Below are positions 8,062-19,239 of a stretch of 64,000 nt of DNA, one piece after another. The stretch lies in the IMG/VR virus record IMGVR_UViG_3300045815_000012; one strand, written 5' to 3'. Numbering within the stretch: position 1 is the first letter of the stretch; each line of letters starts with the position of its first letter. The notes under the pieces were generated by a model, which saw only the letters and a program-made list of their open reading frames with translations, searched no databases and was not told where the DNA came from. This DNA is from an uncultured virus (IMG/VR IMGVR_UViG_3300045815_000012) (Duplodnaviria > Heunggongvirae > Uroviricota > Caudoviricetes). The position numbers were made by a program, and so were the translations under genes.

Positions 8062-9105
8062 TTACAACACCGTCCCTTTAGTAATAATCAGCCCATTTCC
8101 TTCTGTTTTTGTAGGAGTTGTCGCCACAGAAGATAGGTTTGATGTTCTCACGGTTGCCGTATTAGAAATTACACCAGTTTCACACCCAAAACCATTTGGA
8201 CTAGCGAAATTTAAATCTGCCATCAAATTTGCTCTTGCAATCACTTTTTGATTTACAAACATACAGTCATAAACAGCCATCTGACCAGTCCCACCGACAT
8301 AAAGAGTGTTATGATCTAAAGCTTTCGTGTTTTCTCTAAACCCGCATTTACTTAGTGATAAATACCCTCCCTGTTCACAAAAAGCTGAAAGTTTAGTACT
8401 AAACACGCTTGTTGCATTCGCTTGATCTATAAATTCTAAGCCATACAAATTGAAATATCCTTGACAGTAGGTAAAGCCGATTGATCGAACTTTGACCGGC
8501 ATGACATTCGCCTTAATATCTAGACTGTCAACATTTTGTATAGTCCGAATGTAAATGGATGCTGCCGAGCAATTAGATATACGCACATCCTCTAAGTAGG
8601 TTCCGTCTTCAATAAAAATTGTGGTGTTCGAACGATTAATTAAGGGGATTTGATTTACAGCAGTTTGAATCGTGCGAAAAGGTTTTTCTTGTGTCCCATC
8701 TCCAGCGACATCACTTCCACGTTCTTTAGAAACATAAATAGCAATATTTGATCCCGCTGCATTGTATAGCATTCTAACTACTCCATTTAATTGAGCGAGT
8801 TGATATTTGTTTTCTAAAATTTGACGATTTGCTTCTTCAATGTTTTGATCATTTTGGTTTTCTGCAGCGAGCAACCTAGATTCAAGCGTATCGAAAGTTT
8901 TGCCCGTATTATTAACACGTGCATCCACTACTTCATTCGGGGACTCACCGCCACTGCGCAAGACTAGATTGTCAATTCTCTTATCAACAACGTCTATTTT
9001 TTGATTTTGGTCACGTGTAATACCGTTCAAAATATCCACATTATCGTTGAACGTTTTTTTCCATTCTGTTGAAATTCTATTTTTAATGAGTTTTAGTAAT
9101 TCCAC
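8062..9105 (-). CDS. Minor tail protein with beta-helix-like domain
   Basis: EVVDAR motif; YVS...GSD...GDGTQEKPFRTIQTAV. Confidence 0.7.
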   Translation of the reverse strand: MELLKLIKNRISTEWKKTFNDNVDILNGITRDQNQKIDVVDKRIDNLVLRSGGESPNEVVDARVNNTGKTFDTLESRLLAAENQNDQNIEEANRQILENKYQLAQLNGVVRMLYNAAGSNIAIYVSKERGSDVAGDGTQEKPFRTIQTAVNQIPLINRSNTTIFIEDGTYLEDVRISNCSAASIYIRTIQNVDSLDIKANVMPVKVRSIGFTYCQGYFNLYGLEFIDQANATSVFSTKLSAFCEQGGYLSLSKCGFRENTKALDHNTLYVGGTGQMAVYDCMFVNQKVIARANLMADLNFASPNGFGCETGVISNTATVRTSNLSSVATTPTKTEGNGLIITKGTVL

Positions 9106-10130
9106 TAAATCACTCCTTTCCTAGCTAAGTTCGCTAGTATTGATGTCATTGTTTTCTTCGTATTTGATAACGTGATTTCAGGCGGTTTATTAGGTAATGC
9201 AGGATATGTCTTAATTCCCACAATTTGAATGTACGTTTTTATATTTAGCGGTTCATAAATGAATGGTACATAATCTCCTTTTTGTGGATCAATTCGCCAT
9301 TTCAGAGTTACTGAACCGCTGATTGAAGGATAATCTTGTAAATCTTTTTTTAGTCGTCCCATCATGTTACCAACAACCGTATATCGCTCATCTTCTACCG
9401 GATCTTGTATCCGTATTCCCCATTTCTCCGATTCGGGAGAAGTGTAAGTAATCGGAGAGAAATAATACGTGTCATCTTCCTTTTTCTTACCAAATCCCTT
9501 AATCTGCGTTTTCAACGAATAGGTGTCTATGTCGAACTTCACTGAATCCGTGTTGTATTTGTATCGAATCTGCTCCTGAACTTTATCCCCGAACTCTGAG
9601 CGTGGATAGAAGGTTAGATGTTTATTATTTGGAATAACCACCGCATCATAATCACTTAATATTTCTTCAATCAGCTTTAAGTAATTCGCATTGCCAAAGT
9701 TTTCTTGTTCAACCGTAAGAAACTTTTTATTCGGATCTACGACTTCCCAAGTGAATCCTCGATTTCCCGCGCTGAAGATATGGGAGAGTAATTGTTGGAT
9801 ACTTTTCGCTCCGTTCGGCTGCAGAGTATTGTATTGTCTTCCATCCTGAATCGTGTAGTAAACATGCGTAGCAGTAATACTCTTAGTTACTTGTGCCCCT
9901 TCGCCAGAAGTCGTCATAGATTTAATAACAAATTCTTGACCATTCAATAGTATGGAATTTTCATAATCAACAAGGTCAAAAGCATAGCTGTTTACTTCTG
10001 TCTTAGTAACATCTAAACTAACTTCCCATGTTTCATTCTGTTGCCAATTCTCAAAAAAAGAGTCCTTGTCATAATCAACAAGGAGCTCCTTCTTTGTCTT
10101 TTCGTAATTCTGAATGATGATGTTTGTCAC
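9105..10130 (-). CDS. Tal / prophage tail endopeptidase-family baseplate hub
   Basis: Position after Dit; YKYNTD...TQIKGFG. Confidence 0.75.
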   Translation of the reverse strand: MTNIIIQNYEKTKKELLVDYDKDSFFENWQQNETWEVSLDVTKTEVNSYAFDLVDYENSILLNGQEFVIKSMTTSGEGAQVTKSITATHVYYTIQDGRQYNTLQPNGAKSIQQLLSHIFSAGNRGFTWEVVDPNKKFLTVEQENFGNANYLKLIEEILSDYDAVVIPNNKHLTFYPRSEFGDKVQEQIRYKYNTDSVKFDIDTYSLKTQIKGFGKKKEDDTYYFSPITYTSPESEKWGIRIQDPVEDERYTVVGNMMGRLKKDLQDYPSISGSVTLKWRIDPQKGDYVPFIYEPLNIKTYIQIVGIKTYPALPNKPPEITLSNTKKTMTSILANLARKGVI

Positions 10131-10138
10131 GTTATCAC

Positions 10139-10960
10139 CTACTTATACAAGTAACGGAAATCCCAAGAGGACTTCACGTTTGATACATTCTGTATTTCTA
10201 TTTCGTTAATACCAGGAACTAAAGTGATCAGACTTAAGTTTGTGTCAATACCACGATTGACACCATTTAGTTTCGGATAAACACGATCTAGCGTGACAGT
10301 CTGTCCTAAATTTGTTGAAAATTCAGGATAGTAAATAAATCGATCGCCTGTCGTTCGGTTGAAAATTGTAGCATTACCTAGCGATTCACCTTGAAGAGTG
10401 ATGTTCAATGCATGTTCCCTTGGATCAATTGCAAAGTCTCCTGCGTTAAATACTTGGAAACGGCTTACATCAAAACTGTACTTATAATCCGCAGCTTCAA
10501 GATTTTGTGAGAATTGCCACTCGTTCGATAAGCTAAATTCTGACAGTGTGGTTGAGAGAGATTCAGAACAAGCACTAGGAACATCGAAGGTGATTTCTAT
10601 AGTCGAGTAATCATTTTCTTCTTCAGTAAGTTCGAAATTTACTGGATTCACTTTAAACCTTTTACCTGGGCTCAGTTCGTGTGTCAAATAATACTGATAG
10701 CCGGGGAAAAATATTTGATGTAACTCTGTTACTATCAATTCTTTGTCATATTCATTTTTATAAAATATGTCGAAAGTGAGAACTAATTCAAAAGGACGAA
10801 AGGAGGCATTTGATTCTCTGCTTCCATTCGTTCCTTCAAACTCTTCATACTTAACTTCGTATAGAGGAGCCTGTCTCTTTATTTCTTTACAGACTATTTT
10901 ATCTTTAACTTGTGGATCAAACAGATTTCCACTCTGATTAATCAATAACTTGTAGAACAA
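10139..10960 (-). CDS. Distal tail protein (Dit)
   Basis: Immediately after the TMP; LVPGINEI...YLYK end. Confidence 0.8.
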   Translation of the reverse strand: MFYKLLINQSGNLFDPQVKDKIVCKEIKRQAPLYEVKYEEFEGTNGSRESNASFRPFELVLTFDIFYKNEYDKELIVTELHQIFFPGYQYYLTHELSPGKRFKVNPVNFELTEEENDYSTIEITFDVPSACSESLSTTLSEFSLSNEWQFSQNLEAADYKYSFDVSRFQVFNAGDFAIDPREHALNITLQGESLGNATIFNRTTGDRFIYYPEFSTNLGQTVTLDRVYPKLNGVNRGIDTNLSLITLVPGINEIEIQNVSNVKSSWDFRYLYK

Positions 10961-13900
10961 TTAGAAGCCACCTCCTATCGTATAGCCTAATTTATTCAAA
11001 TCGCTCCCCATCAAATCATTTGCAGCATTTCCAACCGCTTCACTGGTTATTCCACTTTCCTTGCTCAATATCGCTCTCAAAATTCGCATCAGATCACTAT
11101 GTTGCTTTTGTTGTTGCTTAATCAGTGTTACCAACTCTGCTGTATTATCAACGCCAGCGGACTGTTTCGAACTATTTTTATTATCCCCAGCCAGAAATGC
11201 TAAAGCTTGTCCCATTAGTTCTATCGCTCTCGTTTTGCGAGTTAAGGGAATCACCATTTCCGGTTTGTTTCCTTCACCTGCTCTATAAAGACCATCTTTA
11301 TTGATTAAGCCCCCATTTTCGTAACCATGTCCTCGGCCGATCACGCCTAGCATATTCGCTCCGTATCGATTTTTGGCATAACGGATTGCTGCCAACATGT
11401 TATCAAAACCGTTCATAATATTACCGTGTCCTGGAAAAGCATTTGCTGCAAAAGTTCCTGGCTTAGTCTGTAGAAGTCCAGTAGCATTTCCATCTGCCAA
11501 TCCATCGTTACCTCCGATTGCAGAAGGGTTACCACCAGATTCTGTTTGGATTTGAGACATCCAGGCATTCACATATGCTTGAGAAGTGGGTAGTCCATTC
11601 ATTTTCAGTGCTTTCTTAATAGAAGGACGCCAGCGTTCAACAGAAGCCCCACTTGGCGTAGGAAGTCCTCCTGCCACGTCCGTTCCAGCTTTAAATATGT
11701 TTCCTGATCCCAAAGAACCGTTCAAATGAATATGATCATAATGATCGCCATCTGGCCAAGGGACCCATTGTCCTGTTGCAGCTTGGCCTGACATTCCCAC
11801 ACGGTCACGTACCCTACCATTCGTAATCACATAAGCAATCTGTTTAGGGAATTTCTCGAAGGCCCAATTTGCTGCTTCCGTGTATCTAGGGCTTCCGTAA
11901 GGATAACCCGAGATATCTAACGCTTGATGCTTACCATGCCAATAAGGATCTCCCGGTCTGTATCCAGAAGTGATAGTTAGTCCTCCAAATTTTGACATAA
12001 CTTTTTGTGCAATATCCACTAAGTATTGGTATACATTATTGGCATTCATAGCTCCATCAAAACTGCCACCACCAAACGAATCTTCAACTTGCTTTTGTGC
12101 AAAAGGATAAGCCGCGCTTGTCATTAACTTAACGCCATCTTTTGTCATTCTCTTCCAAGGTTCCGCGATACTATTGTAGTCAATTCTTTGGTCTACAACT
12201 TTCCTAAACGCTCCCTCATCATCAATCAAATCAAAGATATCAAAGTCATCCGTTCCATTGGCATAATGCGGAATATCGAAACCTTTCTTTAATTTCTTAG
12301 TAAGACTTGCATTCAGTACTTGCGCCCCTTTAGGAAGGTTGACCAATAGATCCTTTCCTTTGGCAATAAAACCACGGCCATCAGGCATCTGAACATACTC
12401 TTCATGAACAGGCCCTTTTTGATCGTTGATCATTGCTAATCCGCCAGGGTGTCCGTCTGTTCCCTTTGAATATTGTGGAACAGTCCAGTTTCCTAATTTC
12501 TTGTCTGATTCAACCTCTTTTAGAACATAGTTAACACCGCCGATTACTCCATTAACACCTTTACCGATTCCACCAACCATCTTGTTCGCTACACCGTTCA
12601 TCGTTGATGATAGCGAACCACCCATTGAGTTTAACCCGTTGATTAGCGATTGCATCAGATAGTTTCCGGCGCTGTAAAAACCGCCGTTTTTGGAACGGAG
12701 ATTATTAATTGAATCATTTCCCAGCTGGTTAACTCTTGCAATAAACGATCCATACAACGAGTTCCAACCGTTCAAATTATTCTGTTGCCAAGTACGGCCA
12801 TTGTTGTACATAGGCGCATTGTAACTCCGAAGAGTCGTCATCGCTTGATTACAGAAGGTCTTGATTAGATTGATAAATGTTCCTGTTAAACTGTTCCAAC
12901 CATTCATTAAGTTTCTATTCCACGTAACACCTTGCAAATAATTCGGATTGTTTTGATTTTTTAATTGGGTTAAGTAGTTAGAAATAAATATGGACTCACT
13001 CTTCATGTAAGACGGAACAATTGAATTCCAGCCATTCATAAGATTCGTCATCCACATTGTGCCGATCGCAGTATACTCTTCTCCTTGAGCCAATAGCTGA
13101 TCTGGTGTTATCGAAGCCACTCCTGTTGATCCTTGAGTATTTGGGATAACAGATTTTTCAGTCATCATCCCAACTGTATCCGATTCAGCTGATTGAGGCT
13201 GCATAGTTTTGAACGTCAGAATTAATTCATTTATGGCTGCTATTAATTCAGTAATTTGAGAGTCTTGCGTGATCACTTCGCCTATACCACCGGCATAGCG
13301 AGGTATCAATTTTGCTGTTTGAGAGGCTTTTAATACAGACGAGCCTTTAGGTAAATCAAGCAAAGTATTTCTTTCCTGTGGAACGAATGCTCGCCCGTTA
13401 GGAAGTTTAACTAGTTCTTTATACTTTGAACCAATCTGGTCGTTTACGAGAGCTAAACCGCCTTTATGGTAGTTAGTGCCGTTTGCGTAGTTGCCAGTGA
13501 TATTGTTCCCTTTTTGATTGAATGCCTTTTTAACTTTTTCCCATGTATCATCAAAAAATGCGGTCAATTTGAAACTGATTGTTTTATCTTGTAAGTTCGC
13601 AACTTCTCTATAGGATTTAACGGCTTTTTCCACATTTGGAGTTACATCATCTTTGGCAGTCATCGTCTTTTCAGGAACAGGAATTTGATTGTACCCACCA
13701 GGGCCAGTAAGTTTCTCTCGGGCAGCTTTTTCTTTGTTTAAAAGATCAGAGTTGTCAGCATTAAGGATTTTGTTAGCAGGGTTGTGATTTTTGTTATAAT
13801 CGTCAATGTCAGCTTTCGCCTGTTTGCCTTTTGCAAGGACATCATAATTTTCGCCGAACATTTGCTTCAATAAGGGTAATATTTGATTGTATTGTTCAGT

Positions 13901-16900
13901 ACTTATTACACCTTCTTGAATTTTTGCATTCAAATCTTCATTGTTTGCTAACATATATTTGATATTATCTGGAACTTGAGTCCAAGCAGTGTAGGATTCA
14001 TTTGAAGCAAATATCTTTTCTGTTAAGTCTGTATTGTCAGCTAATAACTTTTTCTGATTTACTGGTAGAGTATTCCACTGATTGATTTGCTCTTGTGTGG
14101 TGAATAACTTATAAACTGCATCCGCATTGTCAATACCTAACGTTTTTCGATCTAAGACATATTGGTTCCACGCACCCATAGCATTGATAGTTTCATAAAG
14201 CTCTAGCTTTGCTTCATCGCCATTGACCAATAACATTTTTTCGGTCAACCACAACTGATCCCACTTGCCAGCTTCACCCATAGCAATTGCGACTTCTTCT
14301 TTTGCGTTAGAAGTTAATTTAGCTTCCTTAACCATAAATTTGAGCTGATTCCATCCATCATCAGTCTGAGCGATTTCAGTTAAAACATCAGTCATGTTTG
14401 TTTTAACTTCACCAGTCTTAGGATCAAGACTTAAAGCGTTCCATTGCATATCAGCATCGGAAGTTCCTTTTGCGAATAAGCTTAGGTCTTTAGTGGTATC
14501 TTTGACACTGCTAGACACTAATGCAGTCACTTCTTCAACGTTGTATCCGTACTTTTCCCATTTGAACCAAACCGAATCTAATGAAGATCCTGATTTTTCA
14601 GTAAGATTACCAAGAGCCGTAATCATTTCACTAGTGCTTTTCTTATAATTTTCTTTTAAATCGTTTAATAATCTTTTTCTGACAGATGAGCTAAGAGTTT
14701 CGTTACTTTCAATCTCTTTACGTTGCTTATCATAAGAGGTCTTTTCCTTATCCAAGGCTTTTTCTAACGTTTTAATTCGTGTACTTACTTCTTTTTCACT
14801 CAACTTCGACAAATCATCCTGATAAGCTGTTTCGATTGCCAACCGCTGCGACTTAGTAAAACCAGCTGCTTTCAATTGATCATCGGATAAGTTAGCGTAC
14901 GACGCTCTGATATATTGCATTTCTTGATCAGATAATTGTCGATTATTATCAGAAGCATTTTTGTATATTCCGTTAATCTTATCGATTTGTGCTTTAACCG
15001 TTTCGGCTGTTTTCTCATCAACTTTTTTCTGCGCGGCAATAACTTGATCATACCAAGCTTTTGTTTCTTCATCCAAAAAGCTTAATTTAGTAATCTTCTC
15101 ACGACGTTTTTCTTCTTTTTCCAGCGTTCCTTCAATCGCGTCTTGAATACCTTTATTTGCCTTTTTGATTTTTTCAGCATTGGTATTGACACCGTCTTGG
15201 TACTCGTTCATATACTGAACGCCTTTTTCTTTTAACTCGTTCGATTTTGTGATTACTTTATCTTGGGTGCCAGTAACTTCTGTGCCCCACTTGCCACCAG
15301 ATAATTGGTAATCATCATAGGCCTTTTTACCTACAACTACAGCACCAGCTACCGCTCCTAATGCTACTAATCCAATTCCAATGGGTCCTGCCAAGCCAGC
15401 GATAGACGCTCCTAACCCAGCCACACCACTTGCCCCAGCAGCAGTAGCAGAAGCAGTACCTACTGATGCAACAGTCGTACTAAATCCTGCAATTGCTTTC
15501 TTCTCAGCTGCTTTAGCGGCTAAGTCTACAATCCCACCAGTCAATTTGCCGACAGCAGTTTGAGTCTTACCTATTACTGTAGCCCCGGTGCCAAATAGTT
15601 TTAATGTTGGACCGACAGCGGCCGCCATAAGCCCCCATTTAAGAATGTTCTGTTGAGTTTCATCATCCAACTCAGAGAATTTGTTGATCAACTGAGTTGC
15701 TTTCTCAAGTATAGGTGTAAACACTGGAAGCAATTTCTCTCCAGCGGTAATGGCTAAAACATTTAACGATTCTTTAAATCGAGCCACCTTATTGGCTGGT
15801 AAATCATTCATTGATTTTGCAATTTCTTTAGTGGCACCGTTAGCGTTATAAGTTTCTTTAGTTAACCCTTTTAACGCGTCACCGCCTTGCCCAACTAATA
15901 CGTTCATTGCTGATTGAGATTCGGTGCCGAAGGCTAAGGCTATTGCAGATGTACGTTGCGCATCCGTCCAGCCTTCAGTGTTTTGCTTAATCTTATTCAA
16001 CATATCTGGAAGAGTTAACGTACCGTTTTTAAACTCATCTACAGAAATACCTAGTTTTTCAAATCCGGCAATGTTTTGTTTTGATGGCTTCAATAAACGA
16101 GTTAATGCTCCACGTAATGCAGTCCCAGCTTTTTCTCCGCCGATACCAGCATCACTTAGCAGACCAATTGCAGAAGCAGTTTCTTCTACATCCATGCCTA
16201 AGCTATTCGCTACTGGTCCCACATACCCCATTGCTAGTCCTAAATCTGAGAAACCAGCAGAAGTTGCATTAGCCACATAAGTCAACGCATCCGTCACACG
16301 TGTTGCGTTCTTAACAGTGCTATTGTAATCTTTGCCTTTTAAATTAAACTGACTGATTACCTCGGTTGTTACATTCATTACATCGTTGAAGTCGTCCCCG
16401 GATGCTTTGGTAGCATCTAAAATAGAAGGCATTACACCAAGCGTTTGATTCGCGTCATAGCCTTTACGAACAATTTCTGCTAAACCAGTATTTATTTCAG
16501 TAGTAGAAACGCCATATTCCTTCGCCCATTTTTTCGAGCTAACAGACATCTGATCTAATTGATTGCGATATTCGGTTGTCATTTTCCCACCGTTGGTCAA
16601 CAATGGACCAATTTCACCAATTTGAGTTTGAAAATCAACAGCCTTCTTAGTAGCCAATCCAAACCCAGCAGCGATCGGCGCTGTAACAGACATGGTCAAT
16701 GTGCTTCCTATGCTAGACATTTTTTTACCGAAAGATTCAATTTTCTTTCCTGACTTAATCCACTGATCAGATTGTGCTTTAAGTTTCCCAGTTACACCTT
16801 CTGTTTCTACCTTCATGCGGGCAATTTGTCCTGTAGTGGTTTTCATCTGAGCTTCATAACTAGCAGACTTAGCAATCGCTTGATTCAATTCATTTGCATA

Positions 16901-17191
16901 TTTAGCAGTGGAAGCCGTTGCTTTACCATTCGCGTCGAAGCTTTTATCATACTGAGTCTTTAACTTACTCATGTACTTTTCGTTAGAGCTAAGCGTTTTG
17001 CTAAGTCCGTCGTATTTTGTTTGCAAAGCGCCCAATTTATCACCCGATGAATTCATTACTTTCATCTGTGATTGCATGGCTTTCATATTGTACGCAACAC
17101 TTTTTTTTGCTCCATCAAGTCCTTTTGAAAAGGCAGAACTGTCTAGGTCTAAGATAACCTTCATATTACCTAACGGTTTCCCGTTTGCCAT
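10961..17191 (-). CDS. Tape measure protein with C-terminal peptidase-like and SLT domains
   Basis: 2076 aa; TP901-type core; TSGYR...HYDHIH; IQTESGGNP...GLLQ. Confidence 0.95.
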   Translation of the reverse strand: MANGKPLGNMKVILDLDSSAFSKGLDGAKKSVAYNMKAMQSQMKVMNSSGDKLGALQTKYDGLSKTLSSNEKYMSKLKTQYDKSFDANGKATASTAKYANELNQAIAKSASYEAQMKTTTGQIARMKVETEGVTGKLKAQSDQWIKSGKKIESFGKKMSSIGSTLTMSVTAPIAAGFGLATKKAVDFQTQIGEIGPLLTNGGKMTTEYRNQLDQMSVSSKKWAKEYGVSTTEINTGLAEIVRKGYDANQTLGVMPSILDATKASGDDFNDVMNVTTEVISQFNLKGKDYNSTVKNATRVTDALTYVANATSAGFSDLGLAMGYVGPVANSLGMDVEETASAIGLLSDAGIGGEKAGTALRGALTRLLKPSKQNIAGFEKLGISVDEFKNGTLTLPDMLNKIKQNTEGWTDAQRTSAIALAFGTESQSAMNVLVGQGGDALKGLTKETYNANGATKEIAKSMNDLPANKVARFKESLNVLAITAGEKLLPVFTPILEKATQLINKFSELDDETQQNILKWGLMAAAVGPTLKLFGTGATVIGKTQTAVGKLTGGIVDLAAKAAEKKAIAGFSTTVASVGTASATAAGASGVAGLGASIAGLAGPIGIGLVALGAVAGAVVVGKKAYDDYQLSGGKWGTEVTGTQDKVITKSNELKEKGVQYMNEYQDGVNTNAEKIKKANKGIQDAIEGTLEKEEKRREKITKLSFLDEETKAWYDQVIAAQKKVDEKTAETVKAQIDKINGIYKNASDNNRQLSDQEMQYIRASYANLSDDQLKAAGFTKSQRLAIETAYQDDLSKLSEKEVSTRIKTLEKALDKEKTSYDKQRKEIESNETLSSSVRKRLLNDLKENYKKSTSEMITALGNLTEKSGSSLDSVWFKWEKYGYNVEEVTALVSSSVKDTTKDLSLFAKGTSDADMQWNALSLDPKTGEVKTNMTDVLTEIAQTDDGWNQLKFMVKEAKLTSNAKEEVAIAMGEAGKWDQLWLTEKMLLVNGDEAKLELYETINAMGAWNQYVLDRKTLGIDNADAVYKLFTTQEQINQWNTLPVNQKKLLADNTDLTEKIFASNESYTAWTQVPDNIKYMLANNEDLNAKIQEGVISTEQYNQILPLLKQMFGENYDVLAKGKQAKADIDDYNKNHNPANKILNADNSDLLNKEKAAREKLTGPGGYNQIPVPEKTMTAKDDVTPNVEKAVKSYREVANLQDKTISFKLTAFFDDTWEKVKKAFNQKGNNITGNYANGTNYHKGGLALVNDQIGSKYKELVKLPNGRAFVPQERNTLLDLPKGSSVLKASQTAKLIPRYAGGIGEVITQDSQITELIAAINELILTFKTMQPQSAESDTVGMMTEKSVIPNTQGSTGVASITPDQLLAQGEEYTAIGTMWMTNLMNGWNSIVPSYMKSESIFISNYLTQLKNQNNPNYLQGVTWNRNLMNGWNSLTGTFINLIKTFCNQAMTTLRSYNAPMYNNGRTWQQNNLNGWNSLYGSFIARVNQLGNDSINNLRSKNGGFYSAGNYLMQSLINGLNSMGGSLSSTMNGVANKMVGGIGKGVNGVIGGVNYVLKEVESDKKLGNWTVPQYSKGTDGHPGGLAMINDQKGPVHEEYVQMPDGRGFIAKGKDLLVNLPKGAQVLNASLTKKLKKGFDIPHYANGTDDFDIFDLIDDEGAFRKVVDQRIDYNSIAEPWKRMTKDGVKLMTSAAYPFAQKQVEDSFGGGSFDGAMNANNVYQYLVDIAQKVMSKFGGLTITSGYRPGDPYWHGKHQALDISGYPYGSPRYTEAANWAFEKFPKQIAYVITNGRVRDRVGMSGQAATGQWVPWPDGDHYDHIHLNGSLGSGNIFKAGTDVAGGLPTPSGASVERWRPSIKKALKMNGLPTSQAYVNAWMSQIQTESGGNPSAIGGNDGLADGNATGLLQTKPGTFAANAFPGHGNIMNGFDNMLAAIRYAKNRYGANMLGVIGRGHGYENGGLINKDGLYRAGEGNKPEMVIPLTRKTRAIELMGQALAFLAGDNKNSSKQSAGVDNTAELVTLIKQQQKQHSDLMRILRAILSKESGITSEAVGNAANDLMGSDLNKLGYTIGGGF

Positions 17192-17206
17192 AATTTTCCT
17201 CCTTTC

Positions 17207-17697
17207 CTAAATAGATTTGACGAAGTCTTTTAGGTCGACTTCTTTTGATTTTTCTTTTTTCGGTCTTACACAAGCAATTTCAATTAACGTGTCAAAAGAA
17301 TTATTTTCAATATCAGAGAGAGACCATCCCTGTTTAGTTAATTCTCGGCACAATTCCAGATACATTTCTTCGGCCTCTTCCGGAGTTACTTTTTTGCATC
17401 TGGATCAGGATTATCTTCAATTCCCATTACTTGCCCTAATAAATCATCCAAAGTTTCCCGAGTTTTTTCAGAAGGTAATCCTTCCAAAATCTGATCTGTA
17501 GTCAATTTGTCTGCTTTGAAAATTTCCACTGCAAAAGCTAAATAAATATCTAACTGATCCCACAGCATGATTTTTTCTGCATTTAATTTTTTAATTGTTT
17601 GCAAAGCTAAACGATAGTCTTTCCCGGTTGTTTCTAATTTCTCAAAGACTTCTTTTTTGCCTTTTTTATTTTTTAATTCAATTCGAACTTGTGCCAT
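17207..17697 (-). CDS. Tail assembly chaperone G (17386-17697) and GT via -1 frameshift
   Basis: A AAA AAG at 17395-17389; -1 frame open for 60 codons to TAG at 17207. Confidence 0.85.
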
Positions 17698-17757
17698 CTA
17701 TAATTTCCTCCTAATATTTTCAAATAAAAAAGAGGACTACTACAGTCCTCTAAAAAC

Positions 17758-18105
17758 CTACGCTGGTACTAATGCAAGCAAATCTGATTTAAGTGTCTTT
17801 CCGGTGTAATCAATACCATGTGCTGTCAACCATGCTTTTATTTCTTCAACGGTATTCGCATTTGTTGGCTTTACATCTCCTTCAGGATCAAAGCTAGGTG
17901 TTTCCGGCTCTTGTTCGGGCAATGTCTTAAATGCTGGGATATCAACTTTCATTGATTCAACATCATTAACCAACCGAGTTGCTTGATAGTCTCCCTTTGC
18001 TACTTGTGTATTTGCTGCAATACCAGTGATAGAAAGAGGGCTTGTGCCCTCCACTACTTTTGTTCCATCTTTTTTATAAATTCTAAATGTATCTACCACA
18101 CTCAT
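17758..18105 (-). CDS. Truncated Ig/FN3-like domain plus HeH/LEM-like domain (decoration protein)
   Basis: FRIYKKDG...KVDIPAFKT; TVEEIKAWL...KSDLLAL. Confidence 0.7.
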   Translation of the reverse strand: MSVVDTFRIYKKDGTKVVEGTSPLSITGIAANTQVAKGDYQATRLVNDVESMKVDIPAFKTLPEQEPETPSFDPEGDVKPTNANTVEEIKAWLTAHGIDYTGKTLKSDLLALVPA

Positions 18106-18171
18106 TCTCCTAACTTAATGCGATTGTTGCCCCTGTCGTCGTCGGGGTAACTGTCCCAACGACTGGGCTTG

Positions 18172-18756
18172 TTACTCCCCCGCTGGAAAAGCCATTGTGC
18201 GCATTGCTGTAATTGACGCCTCTTCATCTCCAACATATTTAGCAACCGATTGCCCCTTTGCATCGCCATCAGCATCATTGGCAATTGCAGAAAATACATA
18301 CTCCTCTGCTTCAGGTTCAAAGGCTTCATTTGTTGTAGTATTCAAATTGATAGCTTCACGACTAAACTTACCTTTAAAGATTGTCAACATAGCTGTATCC
18401 CCACCGAGATCTTCTGACTCCATAAGCAATGCGCAATATGGCGGCTCCGTGTCTTCGCCAAGAAAGCTGATCTTGTTTGCATCAGTTTTGTAACCAAGAA
18501 TCTTGTCATTTAGATCTTCTGGCAAATCTAACAATCCAAACGTTGCAGAAATGTCCCCTGTTCCTTTTTGCGAGATATAGTAAGCAATATTTGATCCATA
18601 TACCTTTGTAGCTTCTTTTGATAGGCCGCTAATTTCAGCGGATACAGTGGCCCCTTTATCTTGTTTACCTTCAATAACAAATTGATTAGCTGTTGGAATT
18701 TTACCGTCCTTATCAAAAATTCCGATTGTCATTTTTTTAAATCCGACTAAAGTCAT
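18172..18756 (-). CDS. Major tail (tube) protein, phi13 family
   Basis: Size, position, MTLVGFK...PPYCALLMES. Confidence 0.9.
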   Translation of the reverse strand: MTLVGFKKMTIGIFDKDGKIPTANQFVIEGKQDKGATVSAEISGLSKEATKVYGSNIAYYISQKGTGDISATFGLLDLPEDLNDKILGYKTDANKISFLGEDTEPPYCALLMESEDLGGDTAMLTIFKGKFSREAINLNTTTNEAFEPEAEEYVFSAIANDADGDAKGQSVAKYVGDEEASITAMRTMAFPAGE

Positions 18757-18828
18757 AATTTATTTCCTCCTAATTTTGACAACAAAAAAAGACACGAGTT
18801 TTCGTGTCTTAATTCCTGTTATTCTGTT

Positions 18829-19239
18829 TTAATATTGTGTATCGTAAATTCGTGTATTCCCGTCATATCGTCGAGCGTCTACATAACGTCTAGTCTCCGA
18901 GAAATATTCGTCTAAACCTTGGCCGCTCACTTGGCCAAAACCAAGCTTCTTCATCTCTTTTTTAATTTCATACTGCATTTGTTTGCATGTCGCTCTGTAT
19001 TTTGACTCCACATCAATTTGTATCAGGTGTTCGATAGAAAGCTCTTTATCGCTCCCGTGGAATGCTTCGTTCGGTACATCTGCAGGTCGAATTGTGATAA
19101 ACGCACCTGTTTTGTCAGCCGTTTCAGGTTGCTCGTAAAACTTAATCCTGTACTCTTCTGAATCAGAGTTGTAAGTCATATCGTGGATATAAGAGTTTGA
19201 GCATAGTGCCTCATAAATTGTCATCAACATATCTTTCAT
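18829..19239 (-). CDS. Tail terminator/completion protein
   Basis: Synteny. Confidence 0.7.
   Translation of the reverse strand: MKDMLMTIYEALCSNSYIHDMTYNSDSEEYRIKFYEQPETADKTGAFITIRPADVPNEAFHGSDKELSIEHLIQIDVESKYRATCKQMQYEIKKEMKKLGFGQVSGQGLDEYFSETRRYVDARRYDGNTRIYDTQY

Noticed and set aside
11061..17501. Plus-strand ORFs within the tape measure and other structural genes (also 57182-63595)
   Set aside because: Antisense shadows without RBS or recognisable motifs
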